This document shows, in pieces, positions 34,004-44,496 of a stretch of DNA of 64,000 bases. The stretch is from Diplonema japonicum (taxonomy: Eukaryota; Protista; Euglenozoa: Diplonemea), in contig OZ025727.1 in the NCBI GenBank assembly GCA_964019335.1, positions 124,001 through 188,000 of the forward strand. The letters run 5' to 3'. The stretch's first letter is position 1, and every line of letters starts with the position of its first letter. The translations under genes and the position numbers were made by a program. The notes beneath the pieces are model-generated. The model was not told where the DNA came from. It did not search any database and saw only the letters and a program-made list of their open reading frames with translations.

Positions 34004-34530
34004 ATGCCATGTTCTTTTTGAAAGGGGAGAAAAAAAAAAAAGAATTTACTTGAGCAAGAGGGGAACGGTTGCAAAACAACGGCCAGTTTCCCTTTTCTTA
34101 TAACTTTTACCTTTTTTTTTTTTTTTTTTTTTTTTTAAACTGTACCAATTCCTTTTTTTTTTGGTGAAAAGAATTAAGCTGAAGAAGACCAAAGAAAAGA
34201 GGGAGGAGGAGAAAAGAAAGAGAAAGAGAATGATCTTTTAACCCCTAAAAGATCTTTTCTCTCTTTTTTTCTTTTCTTCTTCTTCTTGTTTTTATTTCGT
34301 TTTCTTTTCGCAATCTTTCGTCGGCGATTGGAACTGTATGATTTAAAAAAAAAAAAAAGAAAAAAAAAAAAAAAAAAAAAGCACCCGCGTGTCCTTTTGG
34401 TCACAGATTTGTCTTAGCGAAGCCCCCGACATGCTCGTGCTATAAAAAAAAAAAGTCCTGTCACACCCTGCAGGGTTTCCCGGGATTTCACGTCAAACTC
34501 AACAATTTCTTGTATTTTTATTTCTCTTGT
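33829..34530 (+). repeat. Duplicated downstream region, also at 37397-38101
   Basis: Near-identical 3' flanks of transporter copies 2 and 3. Confidence 0.85.
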
Positions 34531-34556
34531 AATTTATCTTTCAGGCAAGCAAAATT

Positions 34557-34594
<38 letters not shown>

Positions 34595-36013
34595 GTTGTC
34601 TCTCCAGGAACGCAGGCTTTGCAACAAGTATGTTTTTCTTTTTCTTTTTTTACCGTCATATAGTGCGATTCTTGTTTTTAAAAGTCTGAGCAAAAAGGGG
34701 AACCTTCTTCTTATACCCCTCATTTTTTTTTTTTATATATATCTTTAACAGTTCCTTTTATACGATGAAAAGAATTAAGCTGAAGAAGATGAAACAAAAT
34801 ATATTTTTTTATATTTTATTTTCGTTTTCTTTTCGCAATCTTTCGTCGGCGATTGGAACTGTATGATTTAAAAAAGAAAAAAAAAAAAAGATTACTTCCC
34901 AATAGTGAGTCGCTGCTTACTCACTTAGATTTCTTTTCCCCCCTCTGCGTCTGCAGGTTGAACTGTTCGGATGGGGGGGGGGGGGGGGGGAAGAGGAAAA
35001 AAAAAGAAAACCTTAAACGTTTCCTTTGAATGTTTTACTGCCGCAGAGTGATCTATTCAGTGGCGGGAGAACAATCAACAAGAAAATGGACGGAACCTTT
35101 TTTTTTTTTATTCTCCCTTTTTTTAAAAAAAAAAGAATTTTTTATATACCAAAAGAATGCATCGCACCGATCACGCCAAGATCATTTTTTTTAAACTTTG
35201 TTGCTCAGTTTCTTATGAACAAAAAAAAAAAAAAAAAAAGAGTAGTGGTAAAAATGCAGTAATGAAACCGACTCCTTTTTTTTTTTCCCTCCTTTTCTTC
35301 TTCTAATTTTCCCCTTTAAATTCCACTTCTAGCCATGTACTTTTTTTTTTGCTTTTCTTTTTTTTTCCTTTTTCTCTTTCTTCCTCCCTCACCTTTTCTT
35401 TTTCTTTTTTTTTCTTTCCAATGAATTGCGCACCCTGATTACCTCTCTTTTTAAGAAAAAAAAATAATACCTTTTTCTTTTTTTCTCTCCATCCGCAGTG
35501 CGTGCCAAGCAGGTCTCTTTTTCCAGACTCATTTGTCTTGTGCACCCCTTATGGAGAATCTTGTCTTATTGGTTCTAACAATTTTCATGTCAATCTCTCT
35601 TTACTGGGCATACCCCTCATACGAGAAAGGAGTAACGAACGACACCTCACGTGTTCGCGCCCAGCTCCTTTTTTCTTATTCCTTTTTTTTTCTCCTCCCT
35701 CTCCACATCTAGCTAGTCTGCTTATCCCTCTCTTTTCAAAATGTTATTTTTTTTAAAAAAAGTTTTTTTTTTACCCTTAACCTGATGCAACAGATCAGCA
35801 GCGCAGCGTGGGAAACAACAGCTGATGAGTTTTCCCACCTGCAGCCCCTCCCACCACGCGGCGTGGGTAAGTTCTCCAGATGTAGTACCAGCATTGGAGG
35901 TCATCCATGGATGTACTTCCGCATCTGGGGCTCGCTTCTAGGCGTCTGGAGGTCACCAAAGAAAAAAAAAAAAAGGTTTGGTAAAAAAAAGAAGAAAAAA
36001 AAAGGGGGAAAAA

Positions 36014-37396
36014 ATGGGTGCCACGGGAGTGCAAGTTGACGATGGTGTGGAGCAGCTCAGTGATGGGTACGACTCAGAGGGATGCGCATCCAGCAGCAAA
36101 CCGATGCTCGGGGAGGGCGAGAAGCGGAAGGAGATGTTCAAGTCGTACAGCAACGTGGTGTGCACCATGGCAGGGACAGGGATCCTGCAGCTGCCGTACA
36201 CCTTGAAACAAGGCGGCTGGTCAATGGCCGCACTCATTATTGGAGTGGCCGGGATGGCCAACTACACAGGTAAGCTTGTTATCTACAGTTTGTACCGCCC
36301 TGGTGGCGTCAGACTAGAGGGTTACCCTGAGATCGGTGAAGCCGCGTTTGGCACCAAAGGGAAGTTCGCCGTCCATATCTTCCACAAGGGGACCCTTATT
36401 GGCATCTCGACACTCTTCCTCATCCTTTCTGCGAAGTTCCTCCACGACTGTTGGAACCAAATGGGCTTCGACCACAACCCCTCTGTCAAGGTGTGGACCT
36501 TGCTGACGACGGTAATGGTGGCACCCCCCACTTTGTTCCTCGCCAATGTGGACGCCCTTTCCTTCACCTCTGCCTTGGGCGGGGCAGTGACCATCGCAGT
36601 CGTTCTCGGTGTCGTCATCCTCGGCCTCACCGACAATGGACACTCCGCAGCTAAAGGTGGGCATAAAATGGTTGATGTTTTGAACTTCCCTGTTGCGTTC
36701 AGCACAGTGTGCTTGTCATTCGGGGGACACACTTGTTTCCCAACCATCCAGCATTCCATGGCACAGATCGGTGTTGGGAAGACAAGGTTTATGAAGGTTT
36801 TGGACTACTCGTTCCTCACGCTGCTTCTGTTTTACATCCCAACGGCTGTTGTGGGGTATGCGGTGTACGGGGATGATGTCGAGAGTCCCATCTTGTCGTC
36901 GCTTCCGTCGGACGGTGTGGCAGGCGGGTGGAACACAGCACTGCAGATGTTCATGACGGCTAATGTGCTGCTGACCTTCCCTATCCCACAGCATGTGATG
37001 ATCCACGAGGCTGAGGAGAAACTTGGGCTGTTGAGGGAGGACGGGAAGTACATGACGTCAGGTGACTTGAAGGGAACGCTGACCCGCTTGGGTGTGCGGT
37101 CTGTCTTGCTGCTGACTGCTGGGATCATCGCTTACTTTGTTCCTTACTTCGCAGACATGATGTCACTGGTAGGGGCGCTCTGTGTCACGATGATGGTGTT
37201 TGTGTTCCCCTGTGTGTTTGCCATCAAGCTCAATGAGGACACCCGGACCCTCCCCCTCTCCACAAATGACTACCTCTGGTTCGCTTGGTTGGGCCTCATC
37301 ATCATTGTCGGCTTCGTTGGGGGCAGCATTGGGGCCGAGCAGGCTATGAAGCAGCTCTATGATGACATCAAGAACGGTTCTGACCCTGATAATTAA
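36014..37396 (+). CDS. Amino acid transporter, AAAP/Aa_trans, copy 3
   Basis: Start at MGATGVQ; close paralogue of copies 1 and 2. Confidence 0.93.
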   Translation: MGATGVQVDDGVEQLSDGYDSEGCASSSKPMLGEGEKRKEMFKSYSNVVCTMAGTGILQLPYTLKQGGWSMAALIIGVAGMANYTGKLVIYSLYRPGGVRLEGYPEIGEAAFGTKGKFAVHIFHKGTLIGISTLFLILSAKFLHDCWNQMGFDHNPSVKVWTLLTTVMVAPPTLFLANVDALSFTSALGGAVTIAVVLGVVILGLTDNGHSAAKGGHKMVDVLNFPVAFSTVCLSFGGHTCFPTIQHSMAQIGVGKTRFMKVLDYSFLTLLLFYIPTAVVGYAVYGDDVESPILSSLPSDGVAGGWNTALQMFMTANVLLTFPIPQHVMIHEAEEKLGLLREDGKYMTSGDLKGTLTRLGVRSVLLLTAGIIAYFVPYFADMMSLVGALCVTMMVFVFPCVFAIKLNEDTRTLPLSTNDYLWFAWLGLIIIVGFVGGSIGAEQAMKQLYDDIKNGSDPDN

Positions 37397-37478
37397 AAGG
37401 GGAAGAGGTTTTTTTCTTTTTTTTTTTTTGTCTTGAGCACCCACAGAATATTTATTATCAAGCTTTTTCTTCTTTTTT

Positions 37479-37524
37479 ACAGGCAGGCGTCCTGCCACAT
37501 ACCGCAGGTACCCTTAAATGTCTC
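37479..37524 (+). mobile_element. 46-bp family A retroposon 3' stub (filled site)
   Basis: Matches 7282-7322 with one mismatch. Absent from the paralogous site at about 33911-33925. Confidence 0.85.
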
Positions 37525-38635
37525 TTTTTTTTTTTTTTTTTTCTTCTCTCCAAGAGCGCAGGCTTTTGCAACTAGTATGTTGGACTGTGTTGTAAAAAAA
37601 AAAGAAAAAGAAAAAAAATGCCATGTTCTTTTTGAAAGGGGAGAAAAAAAAAATGAATTTACTTGAGCAAGAGGGGAACGGTTGCAAAACAACGGCCAGT
37701 TTCCCTTTTCTTATAACTTTCACCTTTTTTTTTTCTTTCTTTTTTTAAACTGTACCAATTCCTTTTTTTTTTGGTGAAAAGAATTAAGCTGAAGAAGACC
37801 AAAGAAAAGAGGGAGGAGGGGAAAAGAAAGAGAAAGAGAATGATCTTTTAACCCCTAAAAGATCTTTTCTCTCTTTTTTTTCTCTTCTTCTTCTTCTTGT
37901 TTTTATTTCGTTTTCTTTTCGCAATCTTTCGTCGGCGAATTGGAACTATGATTTTAAAAAAAAAAAAAAAAAAGCACCCGCGTGTCCTTTTGGTCACAGA
38001 TTTGTCTTAGCGAAGCGTGCTATAAAGAAAAAAAGTCCTGTCACACCCTGCAGGGTTTCCCGGGATTTCACGTCAAACTCAACAATTTCTTGTATTTTTA
38101 TTTACAACGGTGTATCACCTAGGATACTACTGTTCCAGTGTGTGGCATGTTTTATTGTTGTTTTTTTTTTCCTCCCCCCCCTTATTCTCTTTTGTTTCCC
38201 TTTCCCCCTATGTGTTGTTACACGTACAAGGAAAAAAAAAAGAGTATTCTTATATCTCTTTATCATGGTAAAAAACTTAGTAGCTGTTGTTTGCAAAAGA
38301 ACGAGTCTTTGACTTTTGAGTCAAAACGAAGGGGGAACGTGACGAACCTGATTACGCGTAACAACCTTTCTCAGCGTTTGTTTTATGCCTGGCACGTGCG
38401 AATGCAAACAATTTTTTTCTTCTTTTTTTGAGTTCTGTTGGAGCGTGAACAAAGAAGGGATGACGCACGGGCTGAGAAACCGTGTACAAAATAAAAAGGC
38501 TTCTCTAGCGTTTTTTTTCTATGCCTGACACGTACGTATAGTATGCAAAACGAAGGCCGGCAAAGAGGCCACAAAAAATGGCAAGAAGAAAGTGAAGACA
38601 CTTAAGAATACAAGCTTTGAAAAGAATTGTTTATT

Positions 38636-38679
<44 letters not shown>

Positions 38680-38680
<1 letters not shown>

Positions 38681-39085
38681 AATAGTGTGGAATTCGATTG
38701 CACCTCAGGGTTCGACCGGTTTTCACTGCCTGCACCAGGATCCTCACCACCAACCCGTGGGATGAGATCACAACGGGGAAGCAGCACACTGTGCCCACAG
38801 TGGAGCTGTTGAAATCGAACGGAGCGTCGGGAAAGGTCCTAATGTTCTACATAAAGAGCGTCCTCAGGTGGCTAAGCCTAAGATGGTACGCAGGCAGGAA
38901 GTTGACGTCACGACGATGGAGCTCGCAGTAGACTATGAGCAGGCCACCCGGCAGTCCTTGGCTGGACCCCTCGACGACCAGGACTGGCTCACAGAGAAGG
39001 CTGGAAGGATGCGATACATCTTAGGACGTATTCAGAAGTGCACAGCAAAGAACTAAAAGCTTTGGTCATATGTCAGAAGAGATCT
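38680..39085 (+). mobile_element. Degenerate LINE ORF2 3' fragment
   Basis: VLRWLSLRWY / VTTMELAVDYEQAT aligns with VIRWLSALHW / VSRLELAVDFIAT of the 6.2-7.3 kb ORF. Frameshifted; ends in poly(T). Confidence 0.65.
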
Positions 39086-39156
39086 TTTTTTTCTCTTTTT
39101 TTTTTTCTCTTTTGTGTGTGCAATAATGACTCTATTGTTGCACACTTCCCCCAATA

Positions 39157-39199
<43 letters not shown>

Positions 39200-39432
39200 G
39201 TCCTATTTTAGGCCAAAGATCTTTTGCTATATGGACCAGCTTATGTGGAAAAAAAAAAAATGGAAGAAAAAAAAAAAACCCGCCCCCGTCCATCTCTTTC
39301 TTTTTCTCTTACAGGAAATCCATCAAAAATGGGGTATCATCTAGGATACTTGCGTTCCAGCGTGTATGTGTGCTCCTTGTGCTACTGTTGTAAATGGCCA
39401 ATCGCCAACAGCTACAGGCGTGATGGTCCTAT

Positions 39433-39474
<42 letters not shown>

Positions 39475-39892
39475 GAAGAACTACGATATTTCACCCCCCA
39501 AAAAAAAGAAAACGACTTTTTCGCTTTTATTATCTCTCTCAATTGAAAAAAATGAAAAATATATCCGGAATATAAAAATATTTCCGGAAAAAAAGGAAAA
39601 AAAAAAAAAGCAAAAACTTTTAAAACAAAAAAAAGAAAACGAGAAAAAAAAAAAAAAAAAAAAAAAAAACATCTTTCCCCTGTTCCTCCCTTTTTTCTTT
39701 TTTTTTTCCTCACTTTTTTTTCTTCTTCCAGAATTTAAAAAAGAAAAGAAAAAAGGAGAAAAAAAAAAAAACCACTTTTTTTTATTTCTTTTTATTTCTG
39801 AAAAAAAAAATCTTTTTTTGACCTTATTATATTATACCCATCTGTGAACACACTGCAAGCCACATCCCACCAGTCGGCCCTCCCTAACACAC

Positions 39893-41395
39893 ATGGCCTC
39901 ATACTTCAGCAGAGGTGAGGGGACGCTTAAAATACCCTTCTCGATGCACAAGGACCATCGTGGGAGGCTGTGTGAGGAGCTGCGACGGAACGGCGTGGAG
40001 CATGGGATGGTGCTGCTGCGGGGTGGGGGCGAGCTGAGCGTGTACGACACTGACACAAACTGGGACTTCAAACAGGAGAGCAACTTCCAGTGGCTGTTCG
40101 GGGCGAAGGAGCCTGAGCTGTACGGGGGGGTGGGGGTGGGCGGCACCGAGGACGACTCATACCTGTTCATCCCCAGGCACCCCGACCTGTATGCCCAGTG
40201 GCTCGGCCCCATCAAACCCACCATCTGGTTTGCCGAGACGTACGAAGTAGCCCACGTGCACTATGTAGACGAGATGGGGGCTGTGCTCGCGAAGCTGAAG
40301 AGCCCGCTCCTCATCCCGAAGGGGACGAACCACGACTCTGGCCTTCCACCTGCTCTGAAGCCAGACTTCGATGGCGTGGACGCCCTGCACGTGGTGGAGT
40401 CGGAGCACCTGTACCACGCGCTGGCGGAGTGCCGTGTGGTGAAGGACGACATGGAGGTGCAGATCATGCAGTTCACGAACGACGTCTCCTCCGAAGCACA
40501 CATCATCACCATGCGCGAGGCACAACGCTCCGACAGGAGGAGGGAGTACCACTCCGAGGCGGAGTTCAAGTACCAGTCCTTCCTCAGGGGTTGCTCCCGT
40601 GTCGGCTACTCATGCATCTGCCCTGGTGCAGAAAGGAACTCTATTCAACACTACGGGCATTCTGGCGAGCCCAACGAGCATGAGGTGAAGGATGGGGATC
40701 TGAAGCTGCATGACATGGGTGCAGAGTACCACTGCTACACTGCTGATGTGACGTGCTCGTTCCCTGTTGGGGGGAAGTTCAGTGAGGAACAGAAGGTTGT
40801 GTACAATGCAGTTTGGGAGGCTGTGCTAGCAGTGGAGAGGGCCATCAAGCCTGGGGTGAACAACACGGAACTACACATCTTGGCGCAGAAGACGATCATC
40901 AAGGAAATGCTCGCAGACGGTCTGTTCCAGAACGGGACAGTGGAGGAGATGATGGAGGCCAACTTGCTGTCGATCTTCATGCCGACAGGACTGGGGCACC
41001 AGCTGGGGCTGGACGTGCACGACGTGGGCGGGTACCTCCCTGGGGAGGGGAAGCACATCTTGAAGGATGTGAAACCGTACCCCATCACGCAGAACCTGCG
41101 GTTCGCCCGTCCCTGTGTGGAGAATATGGTCTTCACGGTGGAACCTGGGTTCTACTTCAACTCATGGCTGCTGGAAAAGCTGCAGAACACACCTGAGATG
41201 CTGAAGTATGTGAACAAAGCGCGCTTGGAGCAGCTGGTCCCCGTCGGCGGGGTGCGCATCGAGGACAACATTGTCGTGACGCCCACCGGGTGCAAGGTCC
41301 TCAACAATGTCCCCCGCACAGTGCAGGACATCGAGCGTGTCATCGACGGCGGGGAATGGAAGGCAGAGCAGCGGGTCTACAGCAACGCACGATAG
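39893..41395 (+). CDS. PEPD: Xaa-Pro dipeptidase (prolidase, peptidase M24B)
   Basis: FKQESNFQWLFG..EP N-domain. Metal ligands in HDMGAEYHCYTADVT, GLGHQLGLDVHDVGG, TVEPGFYF and GGVRIEDNIVVT. Confidence 0.95.
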   Translation: MASYFSRGEGTLKIPFSMHKDHRGRLCEELRRNGVEHGMVLLRGGGELSVYDTDTNWDFKQESNFQWLFGAKEPELYGGVGVGGTEDDSYLFIPRHPDLYAQWLGPIKPTIWFAETYEVAHVHYVDEMGAVLAKLKSPLLIPKGTNHDSGLPPALKPDFDGVDALHVVESEHLYHALAECRVVKDDMEVQIMQFTNDVSSEAHIITMREAQRSDRRREYHSEAEFKYQSFLRGCSRVGYSCICPGAERNSIQHYGHSGEPNEHEVKDGDLKLHDMGAEYHCYTADVTCSFPVGGKFSEEQKVVYNAVWEAVLAVERAIKPGVNNTELHILAQKTIIKEMLADGLFQNGTVEEMMEANLLSIFMPTGLGHQLGLDVHDVGGYLPGEGKHILKDVKPYPITQNLRFARPCVENMVFTVEPGFYFNSWLLEKLQNTPEMLKYVNKARLEQLVPVGGVRIEDNIVVTPTGCKVLNNVPRTVQDIERVIDGGEWKAEQRVYSNAR

Positions 41396-41486
41396 CTACC
41401 CATGGTGGCTTTTTTTTTTTTTTTTTCACTCTTTCCTTTTTCTTTTTTTTCATTCTTTTTCTTTACCACCCCCCACCAGGGTTGGC

Positions 41487-42434
41487 ATGGGTGCCTTCTT
41501 CGACGAATGGTGGTCGTACGTAATCGTGTGCGGTGGGGGCTTCCTCCTCATCGCAGTGATTGCATTGTCATGTTGGTGCGGCACCCGCAAACCAACGGGA
41601 AGCAACCACACTGTTGACAGAGATATGCAGCAACCGATGCTCCAGAAGGAGGAGGACATCAACACAAGAGACCTCGTCATTGAAAGGGAACCTGGAAGGT
41701 CTGACGCAGGCCTGCAGTTCGGATCGAAGCACGTTCTGCTTGGAGTTGTGAAGGGCAGCCCCGCATGGGAGCAAGGTGCCTCTGACCATGTATATAAAGA
41801 AATAATAAAGATCGACCAAAGTGGTGATGGGACGGTGTTCAAATTCGCTGACGAAAAAACCATAACAGTGGAAAACAAAGGGCTGCGTGCTGTAGGGATG
41901 GTGATCCAAGAAGTTCCAGTGTTAACCACCCCAAGATGCACCAACGACAGAGTGCACAAGGTAATCGATCCTTGGAAGGGGGTAATGGTGACTGAGGTGG
42001 ACGGAACCCCTGTGGACTGCCTAGAAGATATCGAAAAACAAGTTAAATCTGGTGTTGGAAACCATTATATTAAAATAGGGGTGGAGCGACGACCGACGCC
42101 TGCTGAAACGGTGCTTTCTTCTTCTAGCTCTTCATGCCCACCTACATCTGTGGAACGCACGCCCAGCATCGCGCTTCTTTGCAGCAATGCTTCTTACGAT
42201 TCTTATTCCTCTGTCTCCTCAGTCGTCCAGCCTAGCTTTAGGATAACACCCCTCGGGGCTCTGCTCTCGTCGATTTCTCTGTCTCACCTTTACCCCGCGC
42301 TTTCTGGGGACAACCACACGCTCTGCACGCTTAACCACACTGTGTTGCGCAATGCCGGTGCCACTGACCTAGAAGCTGGCATAGTCGTTTCCTCTATCCG
42401 AGGAGGGAGGCTGACGGCCACACGTGCAATGTAG
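41487..42434 (+). CDS. Single-pass membrane protein with degenerate PDZ-like repeat(s)
   Basis: N-terminal TM (YVIVCGGGFLLIAVIALSCWC). The segments AGLQF...VLLGVVKGSPA and VMVTEVDGTPV are PDZ-like. Confidence 0.7.
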   Translation: MGAFFDEWWSYVIVCGGGFLLIAVIALSCWCGTRKPTGSNHTVDRDMQQPMLQKEEDINTRDLVIEREPGRSDAGLQFGSKHVLLGVVKGSPAWEQGASDHVYKEIIKIDQSGDGTVFKFADEKTITVENKGLRAVGMVIQEVPVLTTPRCTNDRVHKVIDPWKGVMVTEVDGTPVDCLEDIEKQVKSGVGNHYIKIGVERRPTPAETVLSSSSSSCPPTSVERTPSIALLCSNASYDSYSSVSSVVQPSFRITPLGALLSSISLSHLYPALSGDNHTLCTLNHTVLRNAGATDLEAGIVVSSIRGGRLTATRAM

Positions 42435-42473
42435 TCGATTTTTTTTTTTCTCCGTCAACTCTTCAATGGGAAG

Positions 42474-42505
<32 letters not shown>

Positions 42506-42596
42506 AAACTCACAGAATCTTTTTTTTTTCCCCCCTACGCATTTACACCTTATTTTTTTTTCTTCTTCTTTCTTTTTTATTCTGTTCAATATGTGT

Positions 42597-43310
42597 ATGT
42601 CAATTTTCGTGGACAAGGAGGACGGCAGCAGACACCATGTGGAAATAGGTGCCGATGCGAAGGTCTGTGATCTAATGGACGCTGTAGGCGCTGAGACCGG
42701 CTACGTCCTATATGAGGGAAAGGTGTTGGGAAACGAGGAGCAGGTGGCAGAAACGGGTATAGGCCAAGAGGACATCGTACACATCCATGGAGAGCGAGAA
42801 GCAGCGAAGAAGGAACTAGAGCGCGACGGTGTTCTGGTAAGCCCGAGGGGGTTTCTGGAGTCGGCAGGGAAGGGGAAACTCAGGGCATTGAAACTCCTTC
42901 TCATATGCGGTATAGCTCCAGGTGCCGTGACCGGTTTTGGTAACACAGCTCTAATCGTTGCTGCTGGGCAGGGGCAAGCAGAGGTTGTAGAGCACCTTCT
43001 TGCACTCTCACCACCCATAGACGTCAATGCAGTTAATACTCTGCATGAAACCGCGTTGCTTGAAGCAGTGCGTGGGAACCAGCTGCCCATCGCTTCCCTC
43101 CTTCTCTCTCGCTCAGCCGATGCCACCATTTCTGATATAGATGGAACGACGCCTCTCCATGCTGCTGTGTGTCAGAACAGCACTAAAATGGCCAGGCTCC
43201 TCTTGTCGTCGCAGCCTGACCCATCCTGCATTATACGGCTCGCGACATCCGATAACTTCCTCACCGAGTTTGCGACTCCAAAAATGTTGAAGGTTTTCAA
43301 AGAGTTTTGA
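42597..43310 (+). CDS. Ankyrin-repeat protein with N-terminal ubiquitin-like domain
   Basis: GNTALIVAA, ETALLEAV and GTTPLHAAV ankyrin motifs. N-terminal Ubl-like stretch VLYEGKVL...VAETGIGQEDIVHI. Confidence 0.88.
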   Translation: MSIFVDKEDGSRHHVEIGADAKVCDLMDAVGAETGYVLYEGKVLGNEEQVAETGIGQEDIVHIHGEREAAKKELERDGVLVSPRGFLESAGKGKLRALKLLLICGIAPGAVTGFGNTALIVAAGQGQAEVVEHLLALSPPIDVNAVNTLHETALLEAVRGNQLPIASLLLSRSADATISDIDGTTPLHAAVCQNSTKMARLLLSSQPDPSCIIRLATSDNFLTEFATPKMLKVFKEF

Positions 43311-43795
43311 GGTTTTTTGTTTTTGTTTTTTTTTTTTTTTTTTTGTTTTTTTTTGCTTTGTGCGTTTTTCGTTTGTTCTTTTTTTTTTTTTTTTTTTTTC
43401 CTTCCGGATTTTTGCGTTTTTTTTTTCCCCCCCCCCATCACCTCTTTGTTCTCCTATTGACATTTCTAGCGCACAAAAATAACCACGACAGAAAAAAAAG
43501 AAATCTTTCCTTCATTGTTGGTCAATGTCTTAGATCCTGCACCTTCACCAAGAAGTCACCCTTAAGTCGAAACGACTAGGGGAGTGGGAGAGGGGGGGCA
43601 GGGGGGTGGAGAGTTTCTGGGCACCGACTTTCGCTGCCAACCCTTACTCTTTTTTTTTTTTTTTTAGGTGGCGGTATCTTACAGACAATGGACACCTGAG
43701 CCTTTCGTTGGCATCCGAAACTCAAAAAGAAAAAAAAAAAAAGAAAAACAAAGGACTTTGAAAAAAAGAAAAAAAAAAAAAAAAAAAAAAAGCAA

Positions 43796-44260
43796 ATGGA
43801 AAGCACTGGGCGGAGAAAAATGTTCCTAACGAGAGACAAAGAAAAATGGAATTTTATGAAGTGGGGCAAGCAGGAACAGAAGGAGCAGCCTGTTCGGTCG
43901 GCGAAAAATGACTTCAGACGCAAGAAGTATGCCGAATCATTGGGTGCCTTTGCTGACAGTGCTGCGAGCTATAACTTGGATTTGTACAGCGGGGTGAGGA
44001 GGGAGACTTCCAAGGCAGGCTGGTACGACACCCCTACGATGTTCAACAGTTCGTGGGGACCCCGTGCTCCGTTCACTGACATTTTGGTAGCTAAGGATCC
44101 CCTTGCCTTGAGCAACACCCTGCGCTCGAAGGCGGCAAGACGGTACAAAACCCTCTTCGGATTCAGCAACAAGAAGAAGCCGGTAGACCAGTTGAACTCC
44201 CCCCAGCTGGAACGGGAGCAATTGCGCGAATTCGAAAAACGCTGGTCTTGCTGGGAGTAA
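43796..44260 (+). CDS. Hypothetical protein (154 aa)
   Basis: ATG after an A-rich leader, coding-like composition, bounded by homopolymer UTRs. No recognisable domain. Confidence 0.7.
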   Translation: MESTGRRKMFLTRDKEKWNFMKWGKQEQKEQPVRSAKNDFRRKKYAESLGAFADSAASYNLDLYSGVRRETSKAGWYDTPTMFNSSWGPRAPFTDILVAKDPLALSNTLRSKAARRYKTLFGFSNKKKPVDQLNSPQLEREQLREFEKRWSCWE

Positions 44261-44496
44261 TAAAAAAAAGAAGAAAAAAAAAAAAACTATGATTTCCATC
44301 TATAAGTTAAAATCTTCTTGGCTCTTCTGCCATTTCTCATATCTTATTGGGCGGCCCTCCAGCAGGGGGCTCGTCTTTTACTTTAAGTTTTTCTTTTTTT
44401 TTTTTTTTTTTTTTTATGAATGGTGCAAACTCATCTTTTAGCTTTCAACAGTTTCATTTCTCGGGGAAAAAAAAAAAAGAAGGAAAGAAGAAAACA

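Noticed and set aside
35780-35960. GC-rich island, possibly a minus-strand retroelement fragment
   Set aside because: No recognisable motif or second copy in the window.
39224-39847. ORFs made of poly-K/poly-F (also at 314-736, 2149-2480, 30415-30889 and similar)
   Set aside because: Translations of homopolymer tracts with no coding signal.
40980-41030. Prolidase inactivation (MPTGLGH instead of the usual MPHGLGH)
   Set aside because: All five metal ligands and the downstream VHD His are intact; one substitution is insufficient evidence.
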